DNA of 64,000 bases, from NCBI GenBank assembly GCA_964106645.2, contig OZ067043.1. The stretch is one strand, 5' to 3'. Both the position numbers and the translations under genes were made by a program. The notes beneath the pieces are model-generated. The model did not search any database and was not told the origin of the DNA. It saw only the letters and a program-made list of their open reading frames with translations. This stretch comes from Podarcis pityusensis. Its lineage: Eukaryota. The number at the start of each line of letters is the position of its first letter. Position 1 is the stretch's first letter. Below, piece after piece: positions 60,907 to 64,000 of the stretch.

Positions 60907-62343
60907 TTTTTCTCCTATGCAACATGCTTTCCCTTAAGTGTAATATTTTGAAGCAGGGGTAGCAAACTGGCGGCCCACAGGCCTCTGAAATATCTCTCTC
61001 TGACTTGTAAGCAGCTGTACCAGATTTGAATGAAGGTATGTTTTTCTTTTAAAAAAGGTTGAAGAAAATACTATTTTAAAAACTGTAAGGGAGAAAGAGA
61101 TCCCTTATTTTAATACCACACGATCCAAATGTAGTCCTTACTGCTAGGTGGCTGCTTTATTATAGAGTCATGGCATCCTTAAATGGGGTTGAGTTTTGTG
61201 GCAAAAATATGCTTCCTCCTTTGGACCATTGCTGGGAGAGTGGCTGTCAATAGGTCATTTGTTTCATTTGCTGGTGTTCAGTCAAGACCGTCAGACATAA
61301 AAATATTGATACTGAATGCCTCATCCACTGACACCCCCTTATTATTAAGTAAAATGTGCCAGAAAAAGTTCCTTATGGAACTTTCCTGCTTTAGGATTTA
61401 AAAGGGTTTATTTAAGTTCATTCTGTTGGTTTGTGTGGGAAGCCTTGCAATCCAAGCCACTAGCCATTAGTGTTTGAGGTTCCATTTTGAATTCCAGGCT
61501 CCATCTTGGAGGAGACACGAGCTGCCTCCTCGTGGCTCATCCCAAACCTAATGATTTTAATCACTCGGAAGTGCCATCTACTCCCAGGAGGGATTGAGCT
61601 GTTAGGCAGCTCCCTGACTTACTGCTCTATTCCTATTGAGGTTCAAAGCCTTCTTAGGCTCAAGTGCCATGCAACATATTTATATACAACTGTCTTGATT
61701 CAGGAAAAGATATAACTGTAAACATGGCTTTAGTCTCGGTATGTACTTGTAAGTAGCCATATCAAGACTCCATTGTTCAAAAGCACATTTCAACTTGTGC
61801 TTTTTAGTCTCTGGAAAATTTGAGCTCAGAAAAGGACCGAACACTGTGCTGCTTCCTTGTCTTGCACAGAGCACGGATAATAAATTGATACCGAGCTGTA
61901 ATCATCGCACACCTCCTGCCTCAGCTGCCTGCCTGCTCTCCACATCCTCAATAATCCCTTCCCTTTTCCCATGCAGAGTTCACAGACAGCAAGTGTGCTT
62001 ACTAGCTACAACACAAGTCTGTACAACTTCCTTATTCCCTATACTTAAACCAGGTAAGCTTGCAGAAATCCCAGTGGCAGGGAATTACTGAGTTTCTCAA
62101 GGATCTTATCCAGTTCTGACATCCCTTTTTTAAAAACATTTTTAAAGACTTCTAATCAGAAGCAGAGAAATGAAGCATCATAACATGTTGGACAAAAGCT
62201 TCCCCTTTAACCTCTCTGCGTCAGTTGGGAGTGGTCTTGTACAATCCAGCTTCTGGTGTTGCAGGTATCTGTGAGAGTCCTTTTAAAAATGTTGTTTTTT
62301 AATATTCAAAAATATTTGATTTTTGGTTTGGTGTTTCTTTTAG

Positions 62344-62372
62344 CAGGTGGTGGTATTTCAGAGCTATTATGA
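62344..62372 (+). CDS. RBBP5: RBBP5 exon 14 coding part, ends at TGA
   Basis: T-rich tract + TAGCAG acceptor; AGGGISELL-stop; exon lengths sum to 1620 nt = 539 aa + stop. Confidence 0.94.
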
Positions 62373-63866
62373 AGACTTCCCAACCTTCCTCACCTTTCCT
62401 TATTCAGTCAGATAATGGACTGACTTTAAGCTACTATGGTCAGGACAAGTGACCTGGCTACCTATGGATACAGGGGACATTTAAAAAAAGAAGAAAATGC
62501 AAATTATGGAAGAGGAAAATGCTTTCCCCAATCCTCTCTTCCTGCTAACAGTGAACAAACTGTTGACTCTCAGGAAAGAAGATTTGTAGAGAACCTGATG
62601 GAAAGGAACTGCTTTTTGCTGGTTAGTCTGCATTTGCTCCCCAAAGTACAATGAAGTCTGTCACAGGACGAGAAGACCTGCTTGCCTCCAAGTTTAAGGT
62701 CTTTTAGTTTCTGTTGCATCATTCAATTCTCAAGAGGATGATTGTCGTGTCTCCATGAAGACCCATCATGCTGCTGTGGATCCCAGCACATTCCTATTGC
62801 AGTGTTGCTAGTTTAAGCAAACTACTCTTTGCACCATTATTTTCTCTGCATTATTCACACTGGTTTGCATTGACTTGGTAGACCTGCTTTTTAGGTACCC
62901 TTTATACAGCAAGACAACTTACCTTACAGGTTGCCTACTTTTGCCGGTTTGGAACAGACATTTGGAATCCAAATGACTCCAAAGAGGTTTATAACTGATT
63001 GGATACTGATTGCAAGAACCAGGGAGGGCAGAGTGGATGTATATCTAGAGAGAAAGAAGAGGGTTGGGATGATGTTGGGCCAAAGCATGAGTGGCATACG
63101 TCTCGGCATGTTTCCATGCTGGACTTCTACAGCTCAAGAGACGCTCGTTTTCCCTCCACTCGAGGATGTGCCAGGCAAATGAGCATCTCCCTGGGAATGT
63201 TTAGATGAATCTGCACACAAGACATGGGAATATACTGCTTAAGTCATTTATGTTTCTGCTTTGTGTGCTATCCAAAGCCATCCAGAGATTTCCGTTTTTG
63301 GCTTGGCCTGTATTAGAAAAGATTGCATCCTGCATTTTCATTTCTTGCCATTGCAGTTGTTTATCCAAAGTCTTATCAGTCTCCTAAATCAGAAGATTTA
63401 TTCCCCCCCGCCTACCCAATCTCCAGAATATACATGAGCATCTTGCAGGAGGTTCAATTGGCCCATGGGATGCATTGGGAAATGCAGAGATAAAACTTGC
63501 AAACTAACTTCAAAATATTGATTTGAAGTCCCATATATTGTATTGTATGATATAATTTATGCCATCCCCAACCACCAGGTGTTCTGTGCAGCCTTCCGCT
63601 GTATAGTCCTACTACTTTCTACCTGCCAGTCCATCCAAAGATGGGAAGGCTGCTTGGGTAGCAATCACTGCTCTGCATAATATGGTGTCCTGGATTCCAA
63701 CCAGCTTCTGCAGGTTTCTCTACTTCAGTGTCCATTGCTTAGTTTTCTTTCAGGCTTGCTTTAATTATTTTGATATTCCTGTAGCTTGTACAAAACCTGC
63801 CAGATAGTGTGATTGGTTGCTAGTTATTCATAAAGTACTGCTGTGATGGTAGCATTTGTGTTTGTA

Positions 63867-63890
63867 AATAAAGAAGTATGTTTTATTAAA
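63867..63890 (+). terminator. Candidate RBBP5 polyadenylation signals
   Basis: AATAAA 63867-63872 and ATTAAA 63885-63890, upstream TGTA motifs, downstream U/GU-rich tract. Confidence 0.55.
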
Positions 63891-64000
63891 CCACGTGAAT
63901 CATGTTTTTCCCTTCTCTCTCCACCCCACCCATTTTGTGTGTGTGGAGAGCAGGTCTTTTAGGAACTTCCATGACCCAGATTTTATTTCCGCTAGTAATA

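Noticed and set aside
62924-63387. Short ORFs after RBBP5 as the next gene (e.g. TMEM81)
   Set aside because: No recognisable similarity, and they lie before the candidate poly(A) signals; treated as 3' UTR.

Overview
Eukaryotic (vertebrate) genomic DNA. The repeat content (Sauria SINEs, Squam3-like SINEs, a young L2, CR1, many Tc1/mariner and hAT MITEs) points to a squamate reptile, probably a lacertid lizard. Two multi-exon genes lie in tandem on the + strand. DSTYK (dual serine/threonine and tyrosine kinase) begins upstream of the window; 13 coding exons run from <1 to the stop at 35229-35231 (910 codons inside the window), followed by a long 3' UTR to roughly 39.1 kb. RBBP5 (WD40 subunit of COMPASS/MLL) is complete: CpG-island promoter at about 44.9-45.5 kb, 14 exons from ATG 45256 to TGA 62372, 539 aa. 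All introns are GT-AG and exon phases join in frame. The DSTYK-RBBP5 order matches, from recall, the human arrangement. I found no evidence for a new gene system, and almost all remaining ORF-track entries are spurious. The most unusual structure is a 788-bp TA-flanked Tc1/mariner-type element in DSTYK intron 9 whose GC-rich interior is an almost uninterrupted chain of about ten different stem-loops; related elements in the window share its ends but carry different interiors. Other points: in-frame alternative splice sites in both genes, a split tRNA-Lys/CR1-tail SINE, and nested MITEs. Repeat family names and human comparisons are from memory and need database confirmation.
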